A stretch of DNA of 64,000 bases, taken from positions 3,149-67,148 of the forward strand of contig JAJRTN010000004.1 in NCBI GenBank assembly GCA_024278275.1, in the 5' to 3' direction. The DNA comes from Candidatus Hydrogenedentota bacterium. Lineage in GTDB: Bacteria; Hydrogenedentota; Hydrogenedentia; Hydrogenedentales; JAJRTN01. The position numbers and the translations under genes are program-made. Within the stretch, counting starts at the first letter, position 1. Every line of letters starts with the position of its first letter. The notes beneath the pieces are model-generated. The model was not told the DNA's origin, ran no database searches, and saw only the letters and a list, made by a program, of their open reading frames with translations. Below are positions 30,457 to 39,762 of the stretch, piece by piece.

Positions 30457-31416
30457 TTACTTGGGTCGCTCCTCTTCACCCGAGATGCGAAGGTCGGCGA
30501 TGGTGGCTTCCAATACGGCCTTTTCCGCGCGGCGCACGATGGCCGGGCCGATCCGCACCATGTACAGGCAATGAATCACCATTGCCGCGCAGACGGCGAC
30601 AATCCCGCCCCCCGGGATCCAGCGGACCAGGCAAGGCACGGAGTCGGCCCAGTCGGAAGTCAGGGCCGCCGCCACGCCGAGCCCGCCCGCGGCCCAGAGC
30701 AGGGCGAACACCACGTAAGGAAGAACGCTTCCCCCGAAGGTGGTGAGCAGGCGTGCCCGCGCGATATCCCGAAGCCCGTGAAGGAATCGTTCCGGCCCAT
30801 ACTTCGAAACGCCGTGGCGCCGCGGGTGGTGCCTGACGGGGACCTCGGTGACATCGTGGCCCGCATGGCGGGCGAAAACGGGAATCAGCCGGTGCATGTC
30901 ATCAAAGAGGGGGGTACATCTCGCCGCCTCGGCCCGCATCGCCTTGAAGCCCGTGTTGACATCATGCAAGCGCAGCCCGAAAGTCCGGGTAACATAAGCA
31001 TTGTACAACTTCGACGGCAAGGTCTTGTGCCAGGGATCCTTCCGGTCGGCCTTCCACCCACACACCATGTCATGGCCTTCAAACAGCTTCCCGAGCAAGG
31101 CGGGAATCTCGGCCGGGTCGTCCTGCAGATCCGCGTCCATGGTAACGAAAATATCCCCCCGTCCGTGGGCCAACCCGGCGGCGAGGGCCTGGGTTTTCCC
31201 CGCGTTCCGGGCAAACCGTATCAGGTCGACATGGGACATGCGCTCTTCCAGCGCACGCAGCACTTCGCCGGATCCGTCCGTGCTCCCGTCATCGATAAAC
31301 AGGATTCGGTGGGGCCAGGGGGCGGCATGTTCGGTGATGCCCTGGGCCAGCCGTTCAAGGGTGTCCTGCTCGTTGTAGACGGGCACAAGAAAAGTAATGG
31401 TGGGCGGGGGATTCAT
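30457..31416 (-). CDS. GT2 glycosyltransferase (polyprenol-phosphate sugar synthase, DPM1/ArnC/GtrB-like) with C-terminal TM helices
   Basis: FLVPVYNEQDTLERL and LFIDDGSTDGS motifs. DAD motif. Two C-terminal TM segments. Confidence 0.8.
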   Translation of the reverse strand: MNPPPTITFLVPVYNEQDTLERLAQGITEHAAPWPHRILFIDDGSTDGSGEVLRALEERMSHVDLIRFARNAGKTQALAAGLAHGRGDIFVTMDADLQDDPAEIPALLGKLFEGHDMVCGWKADRKDPWHKTLPSKLYNAYVTRTFGLRLHDVNTGFKAMRAEAARCTPLFDDMHRLIPVFARHAGHDVTEVPVRHHPRRHGVSKYGPERFLHGLRDIARARLLTTFGGSVLPYVVFALLWAAGGLGVAAALTSDWADSVPCLVRWIPGGGIVAVCAAMVIHCLYMVRIGPAIVRRAEKAVLEATIADLRISGEEERPK

Positions 31417-31574
31417 GCGGAGAATTGTACCCTATCGGCCAAAGCGGATCGACCGTCTTAAGAAGCCATTTAAAACATGGAAGATCTTTTGACCCGCCAT
31501 CCCGGGACAACGTGCAATCCAGCAGTCCCTAACCCGGCCAATCCGGAACCAGGAATCGTTACCGCCGTCCATGC

Positions 31575-31660
31575 CGCGATCCACCGTCATCCCCGCGAAA
31601 GCGGAGAGCCAGGGCGCGGGGAATCCCTGGATCGTTCACGTGGATTCCCGCCTTCGCCGG
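31575..31660. repeat. REP-like composite palindromic element (CGTCATCCCCGCGAAAGCGG plus GCGGGGAATCC..GGATTCCCGCCTTCGCC inverted repeat)
   Basis: Same hairpin family as 11803, 31990, 37243, 37670 and 61398. Confidence 0.55.
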
Positions 31661-31696
31661 ACGGTTTCGCTGAAATGGCCCCTTTGTAAATGGCCC

Positions 31697-31891
31697 TCAC
31701 CGTATGTCGGCGTCAAGCCACTTGATCAGCGACATCATGCCTCGGGCCCGCTTCAGCATGGTGGCCTTCAACCCGTGCTCACGGAGCTTCGCCTTGGCAT
31801 CGTGCCGGTCCTTGGCCACGATAATCCCCCCAACAAAGGATTTCTCCTCGTCGCCCTCGGCCCGGATCGCGTGATACTCGAAAGTCGCCAT
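31697..31891 (-). pseudogene. Fragment resembling the N-terminal cytoplasmic domain of a GspF/PilC-type (T2SS/T4P platform) protein
   Basis: MATFEYHAIRAEGDEEKSFVGGIIVAKDRHDAKAKLREHGLKATML follows the MAxFxYxAxDxxGxxxxGxxxAxxxxxAxxxLRxxGL pattern of GspF/PilC N-termini. Only about 64 aa, then a stop. Flanked by REP-like repeats. Confidence 0.4.
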
Positions 31892-31989
31892 GTCCCGTGT
31901 CTCCATTCCCCGGACTCATTGTACCATGCCCAACCTTTCCCGGGAATTGCGCACACGGCAGATCCATGTCGCATAAAGGCCGCGCCCCC

Positions 31990-32025
31990 CAGCTCCGTCA
32001 TCCCCGCGAAAGCGGGGACCCATGT
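31990..32025. repeat. REP-like hairpin unit CGTCATCCCCGCGAAAGCGGGGA
   Basis: Perfect 7-bp stem with GAAA loop. Same family as above. Confidence 0.55.
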
Positions 32026-32114
32026 CCCACACACCGCCCCTTGACACCTGAACATATATTCAGTATAATTTGCAGTGGCCAAGGACACAGGCAAAGGAGG
32101 AAAGGGGTATTCCC

Positions 32115-34718
32115 ATGAGGATGATCGAACTTATGCGCTATGACGTGCCGCCGGAGGTGATTGCTTTGTGGCGGGAACGGGAAAGCGACACGCTGCTGCC
32201 GTTGCAGGAAATGGCGGTGAAGCGCTACAGGCTCTTTGAGAAGGGCAATCGCCTGATCCAGGCGCCCACCAGCTCGGGCAAGACCTTTATTGGCGAAATG
32301 GCGGCGCTCCAGACGGCCATGCGGCGGAAGAAGGTGGTCTACCTGGTGCCCTTGAAGGCCCTGGCCGAGGAGAAGTACCACGACTTCCGGGAGAAATACG
32401 AAAGCTATGGTTTGAAGGTCATCGTTTCGAGCCGGGATCGACGGGAGTTCGACCGCGACCTGGAGACGGGGGATTTCTCCATCGCGGTGGTGGTGTATGA
32501 AAAGCTGTCGCAGCTCCTCGTGCGTCGCCCGGAGCGGCTGGAAGAGATAGACCTTATTATCGCGGACGAGTTGGAAATCCTGTCGGACCCGGAGCGGGGC
32601 GCCATGGTGGAGTTGCTGCTTACGCGCATTCTGCAGTCGGCGTGTCGTCTCATCGGGTTGTCGGCGGTGATCGGCGAGGCGGAACGGTTGGCCCGGTGGA
32701 TGAAGGCGGAGTTGCTCCATTACGACCGGCGGCCGGTGGAACTGCGCTACGGCGTGCTCCACGAAGGGGTCTTCCGTTATCGCACCTACAACGATTGCGC
32801 CGAGGGCGAGGAAAGCCTGGTGGACGCCCATGGGGAGTCCACTTGGGAAGGGGTGATCCAAAACGTGTGCGCTTTCGTTGCGCGGGGGGAGACCTGTCTC
32901 ATATTCGTGAAGGCCAAGCACGAATCGCGGCGGGGGGCGGAATTGCTCAAAGACCGCCTCCATGAACCCGCCGCGACGGAGGCGGTGGAGAAACTGCGCG
33001 GCCTTGAAGCGACGCGGTCGCGGGACGCACTGATCGAGTGCATGAACCAGGGTGTGGCCTTTCATAACGCGGATCTTTCACAGGCGGAACGTCTCGTGGT
33101 GGAAGAGGCCTTTCGAAAGGGCGAGGTGAAACTCATGATTTCAACGAGCACCCTCGCGGTGGGATTGAACATGCCGGCGCGGAATGTTTTCCTTACCCCG
33201 GAGAAATGGCGCTATGATCAACGCCTTGACATGCCGTGGAAGACGCCCATCCTGCATACGGAATACGAGAACATGGGCGGCCGCGCGGGGCGCTACGGCG
33301 CGGGCCATGCCTTTGGCCGGTCGATCCTGGTCGCCGCGACGCCCTTCGATTTCGAGACCCTGTGGCGGCGCTACATACAGGGGGAACGGGAAAGTATCGA
33401 GCCCCGCCTGGCGAAGGAGCCGCTGGAAAACCACGTGCTCCGCCTGGTGGCCTCCCGCTTCTGCCGAACCCTGGCGGAACTGTTGACCTTTCTGGAAAAC
33501 ACCCTCACGGGCCGGTGGATTTGGGCCGAGACCTTCACCCTGGAGGAGATCGCGTTTCGCATCCGCGCCGCCGTCAATCGCTGCATCGACGCGGGGGTGC
33601 TCACGTCGAACGAGGGGGGCCGCCTGGAGGCCACGCCTTTCGGGCTGGCCATCGCCTCGAAGGGTATTTGCATTGCCACGGCGCGGGAACTGGAGCATTG
33701 GATCAGTGAATCCGAAACGCGGGAGTGGAGCGATATCGATCTCATTTTCGCCGCCGCCGTCACGCCCGACGGGCGCATGTTCCAGGTGATGCTTACAGCG
33801 CGGGAGTATGAGCACGCCGACTATACGGGCCGCATCAGGCGTCACACGGTCCGGGACGACCTCGCCGCCGACACGCCCCTGAACCGAATCCGAAAGGGCA
33901 ACCTCACGCCCTTCTTCGAGGAGGTGCGGGCCATCAAGATCGCCCTGTTCCTCGAACACTGGATCGCGCAGGAACCCGTTCACGGCCTGGAAGAGCAGTT
34001 TCACACCATGTCCGGGCAGATCGTGTCCGCCGCGCAGCAGATCAGTTGGCTTCTCGACGCCACGGCCACCATCGCTTCCGCCCTCGGGGGAAAAAAGACC
34101 TTTATCACGCGCATCCGTCTCCTTTCCGAGCGGCTCCAGTACGGGGTGCTGGAGGAGACGCTTCCCCTGGCCCGGCAACGTCTCGCGAAGGGACGACGCG
34201 GCGTGGTACTGGAGATGGCGCGTGCGGGGCTTCACACGCCGGAGGCCCTGGCCGGGGCGTCCGAGGCCCAACTCCGGCCCTGGCTGAAACCCGCGGCAAT
34301 TCGCCGGCTCCAGGAATGGGCGCGGACCCAATGCCGGTCCCGGAAGCACCCGGCGGCGGAGACCGCCTCAAGCCCGGCCCCGGTTCTCGTGGTGGACGAC
34401 CGCCAGCCGGATCGTATCGAACTCGATGGGAAAGTGGTTATCCTGCAGGAAAAGCAGTACTGCCTCATTCGAATCCTGGCCGCCACGCCGGGGCAGTGCG
34501 TGCCCTACGACACGATCTACGCGGCCCTATGGGGCGATACCGTGGTGGAGAACAACCAGATGCACTACCAGAAGCAGAACCTGCTCAAGCGGATCCGATC
34601 CACGGTTCCGGACCGCGCCAACCTGGTCCGCACCATCCCCAAACGCGGTTTTGTCCTGGATCTCCCGGAGGAGGCGGTGCGCTGCCCGGAAAGCCCGGCC
34701 ATGTCTCCCGCCGCATGA
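32115..34718 (+). CDS. Ski2/Hel308-like DExH helicase fused to a C-terminal HhH motif and an OmpR/CadC-type winged-helix (trans_reg_C) DNA-binding domain
   Basis: AAGGAGG RBS and ATG 32115. Walker A APTSSGKT. DExH-type motif IIADELEIL. Helicase C-domain motifs. HhH-like LEMARAGLHTPEALAGA. C-terminal wHTH VVILQEKQYCLIRILAATPGQCVPYDTIYAALWG...LVRTIPKRGFVLD. Confidence 0.75.
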   Translation: MRMIELMRYDVPPEVIALWRERESDTLLPLQEMAVKRYRLFEKGNRLIQAPTSSGKTFIGEMAALQTAMRRKKVVYLVPLKALAEEKYHDFREKYESYGLKVIVSSRDRREFDRDLETGDFSIAVVVYEKLSQLLVRRPERLEEIDLIIADELEILSDPERGAMVELLLTRILQSACRLIGLSAVIGEAERLARWMKAELLHYDRRPVELRYGVLHEGVFRYRTYNDCAEGEESLVDAHGESTWEGVIQNVCAFVARGETCLIFVKAKHESRRGAELLKDRLHEPAATEAVEKLRGLEATRSRDALIECMNQGVAFHNADLSQAERLVVEEAFRKGEVKLMISTSTLAVGLNMPARNVFLTPEKWRYDQRLDMPWKTPILHTEYENMGGRAGRYGAGHAFGRSILVAATPFDFETLWRRYIQGERESIEPRLAKEPLENHVLRLVASRFCRTLAELLTFLENTLTGRWIWAETFTLEEIAFRIRAAVNRCIDAGVLTSNEGGRLEATPFGLAIASKGICIATARELEHWISESETREWSDIDLIFAAAVTPDGRMFQVMLTAREYEHADYTGRIRRHTVRDDLAADTPLNRIRKGNLTPFFEEVRAIKIALFLEHWIAQEPVHGLEEQFHTMSGQIVSAAQQISWLLDATATIASALGGKKTFITRIRLLSERLQYGVLEETLPLARQRLAKGRRGVVLEMARAGLHTPEALAGASEAQLRPWLKPAAIRRLQEWARTQCRSRKHPAAETASSPAPVLVVDDRQPDRIELDGKVVILQEKQYCLIRILAATPGQCVPYDTIYAALWGDTVVENNQMHYQKQNLLKRIRSTVPDRANLVRTIPKRGFVLDLPEEAVRCPESPAMSPAA

Positions 34719-35016
34719 ACAGCCCACCCACGCACCGCGAAGCGCCGCACGAGGCAATGCCCGCATCATCGAAGCCAACGGGGGCGCCGCCCCTTCAAGG
34801 CCATCAGGGAAAGCCACCATGGATCGCCCCCCGGGGATAACTTGAATACCACCCCCTGCAAGGCAATACTTACAGGACCGGGTGCGGCACGGTTACACGG
34901 CGCCCGCTGCACTTCCTGATCGTGGCTGACAGCGATAACCGTTCACGGAGAGCACGATGCTGCCGGTGCCGGGGATCCAGGCGGATGTGGCAGGGGGGCG
35001 ATGGCCGGAGAGTGGC

Positions 35017-35784
35017 ATGGAAGCTCAATCGGATACCAACACGAACCATGGCAAGGACCCCGCGCCCTGCCTCTCCCTGGTCATCCCCGCCTACAACGAG
35101 GAATCCCGGATCGGCGCCACCCTCCGTCATGTCCTGGCCTATCTCGACGCGCAACCCTACAGCGCCGAGGTTATCGTTGTGGACGACGGCAGCGTGGACG
35201 GCACCGGCCGTATCACGCGGGCCGCTTTCGCGGCGCGGAAGAACGCCCACCTGTTATCACATCACACCAACCGCGGCAAAGGCGCCGCTGTCCGAACCGG
35301 TATGTCGGCGGCGCGGGGAAGCTACCGCGTGTTCTACGACGCCGACGCCTCCACCCCCATCGAGGAACTGGAAAAACTCCGGCCCCGATTCGAGGATGGC
35401 GCCGACATCGTCATCGGCTCACGGGCCCTGGCGGATTCCGATATACAGGTCCGGCAGTCCTGGTACCGGGAGGCCATGGGCCGGATTTTCAACATCATGC
35501 TCCGTGCCTTGGCCCTGACACCGTTCCGCGATACCCAATGTGGTTTCAAAGGATTTACCGCGCCGGCCGCCGAAGTGGTCTTCTCCCGGCAGACCCAGGA
35601 GGGTTTCGCCTTCGACACCGAAATCCTCTTCATCGCCGCCGGCATGGGCCTGCGCATCGACGAAGTGCCCGTCCGATGGGTCAACTGCTCCCACACCCGC
35701 CTCCGCCCTTTTCACCACGTCCCCCGCATGTTCCTGGACATGTTGCGGCTCCGACTGCGCGCCTGGCGCGGAAGTTACCGCTGA
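35017..35784 (+). CDS. GT2 glycosyltransferase (dolichyl/polyprenyl-phosphate beta-glucosyl- or mannosyltransferase-like)
   Basis: CLSLVIPAYNEESRIGATL and VIVVDDGSVDGT motifs. Soluble. 255 aa. Confidence 0.8.
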   Translation: MEAQSDTNTNHGKDPAPCLSLVIPAYNEESRIGATLRHVLAYLDAQPYSAEVIVVDDGSVDGTGRITRAAFAARKNAHLLSHHTNRGKGAAVRTGMSAARGSYRVFYDADASTPIEELEKLRPRFEDGADIVIGSRALADSDIQVRQSWYREAMGRIFNIMLRALALTPFRDTQCGFKGFTAPAAEVVFSRQTQEGFAFDTEILFIAAGMGLRIDEVPVRWVNCSHTRLRPFHHVPRMFLDMLRLRLRAWRGSYR

Positions 35785-35888
35785 CCCGCGACGGCATCGC
35801 AAATCGTGGGCGTTTGCCTGTCCCCCGTGGCCGTTCGAAATAACAAAGACACGGCTTTCGCGGATGGCACTCGGGGATGGCTCTCTCC

Positions 35889-37166
35889 TTATGGATGGGC
35901 GGTGTGATGGAACAGGAATTCCGCGAGGGCCCGGTAGATCCAGGCCACGCCCCAGCGGGGAGCCACCAATTTGGACCGGAAAAAGGGGTATTGACGGTAA
36001 TAAGGGGCGCCATCGGCCGGTCGCCGAAGGTGCAGGTAGGTCCATTTCAAGGTCTTTTGCGCCAAGCCGCGCGCCGAAGGCAGGGCCTTCATCAGTACGG
36101 AGGGGCACAGAATGCCCTCGGCGCGAGCGTGTATATCCACCGGGTAACGGCCGCTTGCCGTAATGGGCATTCCGGAAGGGGTAAAGAGGGTGCGATAATA
36201 GCGCATGCCCCGGTGCAGCGCTTCCTCCATGTCCCCGGTGGGCCTGGAATGCTGGATGGCATGGAGCGCGCGCAGCACGAAGCCCGTGTGGTGGTGGTCC
36301 ACCAGGCGCATGAGGGACGCTTCGTAGGGCTCGGCCGCGTCCGATTCACCATAGGGCCAGGCGCCATCGGGGCGTTGGCGTGACAGGGAGAAGGCCTCCG
36401 CCCGTTCGGCCCGCTCCGCGCCGGGATTTTCACCGGCCACGTCGGCCAATTGTCTCAGAAAGGCCGCCACCAGCAGGTTGGCGTTATGTACCCGTCGCCG
36501 GTCGGTGACGGCGTAGGCGAAACAGCCCGTGCCGTCCGGCTGGTCCAGGTAAGGCAGCCCCTCCAGCAGAAAGGTCGCCACGGACCGCGCCGCAGACACG
36601 TAGGAATCGTTCCCCGTCAGGGAGGCCGCCCGGAGAAAGGCCTCGCCGCCCTGGGCGCACACCACCGCGACCGGCGTGTCCTTCGGCGTGTTCAGCCCCC
36701 TCGCCGTCACGTCGAAGGGGTATCCCCAGCACAGCCCCGGAAAGTCCTTGTTCCCCCGGCGGAGAAGCCAATCCAGGGAAGCCTTCGCGCCGTCGAGGTA
36801 CGACTCGTCCGCCGTAAGCTGAAAAAGACGCAGCTTCCCCAAGGCCACCAGGGCATGGGCCTTGGGGTTCTCCGACGGGGCGACCCCCAGTACGCGGCGG
36901 GCGGCCAGTGGAAAGAGGTCACACAAAAGGGTCGTGCCTTTTCGGAGAAGCGGACGCCCTTGTGCGCGCCGAACCAACCCGTGCTGCTTCACGTCAAAGG
37001 GGTCATACCCGGTCAGCCCGTGCCGGGCAATCCAGGTGTCCAGTTCCAACACCCAGGACTGGGCGGCTGCGATAATGGACTGGTTGGACGATTCCATATA
37101 ATGGTCCTGTGTATCAATAAACCCGGGGCCGCATGGTACGGTGCGCCACGCCGCGCATGCAACCAA
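35889..37166 (-). CDS. Hypothetical protein, possibly an (alpha/alpha)-toroid glycan-modifying enzyme
   Basis: 425-aa ORF with repeated aromatic/Gly-rich helical hairpin-like segments. No catalytic motif recognised. The start may be the internal MESSNQ (37097). Confidence 0.4.
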   Translation of the reverse strand: MVACAAWRTVPCGPGFIDTQDHYMESSNQSIIAAAQSWVLELDTWIARHGLTGYDPFDVKQHGLVRRAQGRPLLRKGTTLLCDLFPLAARRVLGVAPSENPKAHALVALGKLRLFQLTADESYLDGAKASLDWLLRRGNKDFPGLCWGYPFDVTARGLNTPKDTPVAVVCAQGGEAFLRAASLTGNDSYVSAARSVATFLLEGLPYLDQPDGTGCFAYAVTDRRRVHNANLLVAAFLRQLADVAGENPGAERAERAEAFSLSRQRPDGAWPYGESDAAEPYEASLMRLVDHHHTGFVLRALHAIQHSRPTGDMEEALHRGMRYYRTLFTPSGMPITASGRYPVDIHARAEGILCPSVLMKALPSARGLAQKTLKWTYLHLRRPADGAPYYRQYPFFRSKLVAPRWGVAWIYRALAEFLFHHTAHP

Positions 37167-37242
37167 ACCCCGTGATCCTTATTAATCCCCTACCCGTGAA
37201 GTTCTGTGCAAATGGTCATGAAAACGTGTTTCTCCCTCCCTT

Positions 37243-37275
37243 TTGTCATTACCGCGAAAGTCGGGAATCCACGGA
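37243..37275. repeat. Degenerate REP-like unit GTCATTACCGCGAAAGTCGGGAATCCACGG
   Basis: Matches the consensus GTCATCCCCGCGAAAGCGGGGAATCCACG with substitutions. Confidence 0.4.
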
Positions 37276-37519
37276 AATACGATGAACCTCAAAAAGGCGG
37301 TTAAATTGCAGGATTGGTCGTGAGTCATTGCCGAAAAGTGCTTTACATGCGTCAGTGCATTCACCTCTTGGGGGCGTGGATTTCAACGGCCGCGCCGTTG
37401 ATAACCGTCGATATACGTCCATGCCCCATGGCGAAATAGAACGAGTAGAAGCCTCCGCAATAAGGGTGCAACGGCCCTTTTCAGGTTCAACCACGAAACA
37501 CACAAAATACACGAAATCA

Positions 37520-37690
37520 ATGGGCCTTGACCCACCATAATCTTCCCCCATGGCAAGATGGTCTCGCCTCAAACACATAGGCATGGTGAGCCAAGGCCCA
37601 CCCACCACGCTCTGCATGGGAACGAGAGAATCTGTGTTCATCTGCGCAATCTGCGGATACATAATCATGGAGCCCCGCCTTCGCGGGAAA
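37520..37690 (+). repeat. Composite approximately 170-nt repeat element, copy 1 (GGGCCTTG..CAAGGCCCACC hairpins + conserved 60-nt core + CCCCGC hairpin)
   Basis: Collinear with 61245-61432. Shared core ggaacgRgagaatctg..cgcaatctgcggatacatWatcatggagccccgccttcgcggg. Lies in a 660-nt lower-GC noncoding gap. Confidence 0.7.
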
Positions 37691-37827
37691 ATGTAGAAGC
37701 GGCTTCCGGCCGCTTTAAATGCGCCGGGATGGCGCATCTATTCTTCGTTCCGACCAGGCCGGGTGGTTCGGAACCAGGAATTGCCGCCGCCGCCCGTGCC
37801 ACGAACAACATGCTGTGCCGTGATCGG

Positions 37828-38271
37828 TTACATTCCCCGAAAGGCATCCCGGATTCGGTCCAGCAGGGCGGTGTCCTCGCCGGTGGCGATGAGCATGAGC
37901 ATGCCTTTCCGGGCGGTCCGTTGGGGAACTTCCTTGGGCTTGGCCGCACCGAGGGCGTCGGCCAGCCCCCATGCTTCGACGATGGCCGTACCGGCGTCCT
38001 TCTTCTGGTATTCAAGGTTTCGAACGATCTTGCCTTCGTCGCCGTATTGGTAAATATCGACCGACGCATCCCCGATGGTCATGGAGACCTGCGCCACGGC
38101 TTCCAGGCCGGGCGTCACTTCCCGGTAATCTGCGATGTCCAGACCGGCCTTCTCGAAGGCGGCCTTCGCACGGGCGAAGGTCTTGGGCTTGGGAAGGAGG
38201 TGGGGAACGACGGGCACGAGGAGCAGGATCACGACAAGAGCGGTAAAGACTTTGACCAGGGGACTGTTCAT
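37828..38271 (-). CDS. Hypothetical membrane-anchored protein at the distal end of the fliP operon
   Basis: TAATG stop/start overlap with fliP. N-terminal TM MNSPLVKVFTALVVILLLVPVV. Not FliQ-like. Confidence 0.45.
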   Translation of the reverse strand: MNSPLVKVFTALVVILLLVPVVPHLLPKPKTFARAKAAFEKAGLDIADYREVTPGLEAVAQVSMTIGDASVDIYQYGDEGKIVRNLEYQKKDAGTAIVEAWGLADALGAAKPKEVPQRTARKGMLMLIATGEDTALLDRIRDAFRGM

Positions 38272-39080
38272 TACTGGAAACTCCTGGAGAGGCCGCCGAG
38301 GAGAAGATGCCACCCGTCGGCCAGGACGAACATGATGATCTTGAAGGGCAGGGATACGAAGATGGGCGGAAGCATCATCATGCCCATGGCCATGAGCGTG
38401 CTCGCCACCACCATATCCACGATGAGGAAGGGGATGTAAAGGAGGAAGCCAATCATGAAGGCCGTGGTCATTTCGCTGACGACAAAGGCGGGAACCAGCA
38501 CATGGGTGGGTACGTCGTCCCACCGCTCGGGCCGGGGCAACTTGGCGATATCCATGAAGAGCTTGATGTCGTTGTCCCGGGTCTGACGAAACATGAAGGT
38601 GCGTATGGGGTCGAGGGCCGCCGTGATGGCTTCCGCCTGGGTGATTTCATCATTAAGATAGGGTTGCAGTGCGCGCTCGTTGACCTGTTGATAGGTGGGC
38701 ATCATGATGAAGAAGGTGAGGAAAAGGGCCAGGCCCACCAGCACCTGGTTGGGCGGGGTCTGCTGGGTGGCCATGGCCTGGCGCAGAAAACCGAGTACGA
38801 CGATAACCCGGGTGAAACAGGTGGTCATCACCAGGATGGCGGGCGCCAGGGAGATGACGGTGATGACGAAAACGATGACGAGGGATGTGGGCAGGTTCTC
38901 CGTATTGACGGCGTCCCGCGCACCCTGAATCAGGTTCATCCCCAGGGGGTTGGGGTCCGGCTGGGCCTGCGCCGCGCCCGCGGCCACGATCATGGCCAGG
39001 AAGATCCATGGGGCGATGTATTTACGATTCCCGGTCACGGACACTTTCCCGGAGGTGACGTTGCAGACGCTGCAAGTCAC
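38271..39080 (-). CDS. fliP: Flagellar export apparatus protein FliP
   Basis: Signal peptide plus conserved FliP core VIVFVITVISLAPAILVMTTCFTRVIVVLGFLRQAMATQQTPPNQVL. Confidence 0.9.
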   Translation of the reverse strand: MTCSVCNVTSGKVSVTGNRKYIAPWIFLAMIVAAGAAQAQPDPNPLGMNLIQGARDAVNTENLPTSLVIVFVITVISLAPAILVMTTCFTRVIVVLGFLRQAMATQQTPPNQVLVGLALFLTFFIMMPTYQQVNERALQPYLNDEITQAEAITAALDPIRTFMFRQTRDNDIKLFMDIAKLPRPERWDDVPTHVLVPAFVVSEMTTAFMIGFLLYIPFLIVDMVVASTLMAMGMMMLPPIFVSLPFKIIMFVLADGWHLLLGGLSRSFQ

Positions 39081-39762
39081 TTCGGAGTTGGGTCAATTCG
39101 TCGTCGGAAGCGGACGTCGGCTCCTCTTTGCCCGTGGCCGCGCCGAGGGCCGCCAGAAAGTCCTGCCGCGACCCCGGGAGGTCGGGGGCGGCGGCTCCTT
39201 CCGGGAGGTACTCGGCAAAGGCGTCTTCCCCGAATTCGGCGACGGGTGCCACGCCGTTTTGCGAGACACCGACGACGAGGACACGTCCGCCGGTATGCAC
39301 GTAAAACAGGGCGGCGCGCGGCCCCAGGCTGACCCTGCCGATGACCCGGCCCAATTGCTGCCCCATGAGCAGCGGGGTTCGGGCGGCGTACCTGCGCAAA
39401 AGAAAACCGGACAGGAGGATCATCCCGACGACGATGCACAACGCCCCCAACGCTTTCCACAGGACATCATTCATGTCGGGCGGCCCGTTGGGGATGGCGC
39501 CCTCCGATGGCGTGCCACCCACCTCGGAACCACCGCCATAAACCGTTTCCATTCGTTTGCGGAAGGCTTCTTCCTCGGCCTGCTCGGCGGGTGTTCGAAT
39601 CGGCGCGGCTTCTTCGCCCCCCTCCGGCGTGGGGAAATCGCGCCCCTCAAGCTCCCACGTAACCGGCGTGGTGTTTTGCAGTGAAGGGGCGCTTTCCTGG
39701 CCGGCCGCGCCCAGCACGACGAGAGCAGCCAGGGCAAGACAGGCTCCTCTTTCCCTATTCAT
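39022..39762 (-). CDS. fliO: FliO-like flagellar protein with an extended acidic N-terminal region
   Basis: C-terminal TM plus FliO-like segment LWKALGALCIVVGMILLSGFLLRRY...GRVSLGPRAALFYVHTGGRVLVVGVSQ. Position directly upstream of fliP. The start MNRERG overlaps the fliN end. Confidence 0.5.
   Translation of the reverse strand: MNRERGACLALAALVVLGAAGQESAPSLQNTTPVTWELEGRDFPTPEGGEEAAPIRTPAEQAEEEAFRKRMETVYGGGSEVGGTPSEGAIPNGPPDMNDVLWKALGALCIVVGMILLSGFLLRRYAARTPLLMGQQLGRVIGRVSLGPRAALFYVHTGGRVLVVGVSQNGVAPVAEFGEDAFAEYLPEGAAAPDLPGSRQDFLAALGAATGKEEPTSASDDELTQLRSDLQRLQRHLRESVRDRES

Noticed and set aside
37249-37737. 162-aa minus-strand ORF sharing the peptide PRRRGSMIMYPQIAQ with ORF 61231-61635.
   Set aside because: The shared peptide is just the translation of the conserved core of the composite repeat element present at both loci; the rest of both ORFs is unrelated and lies in noncoding gaps.
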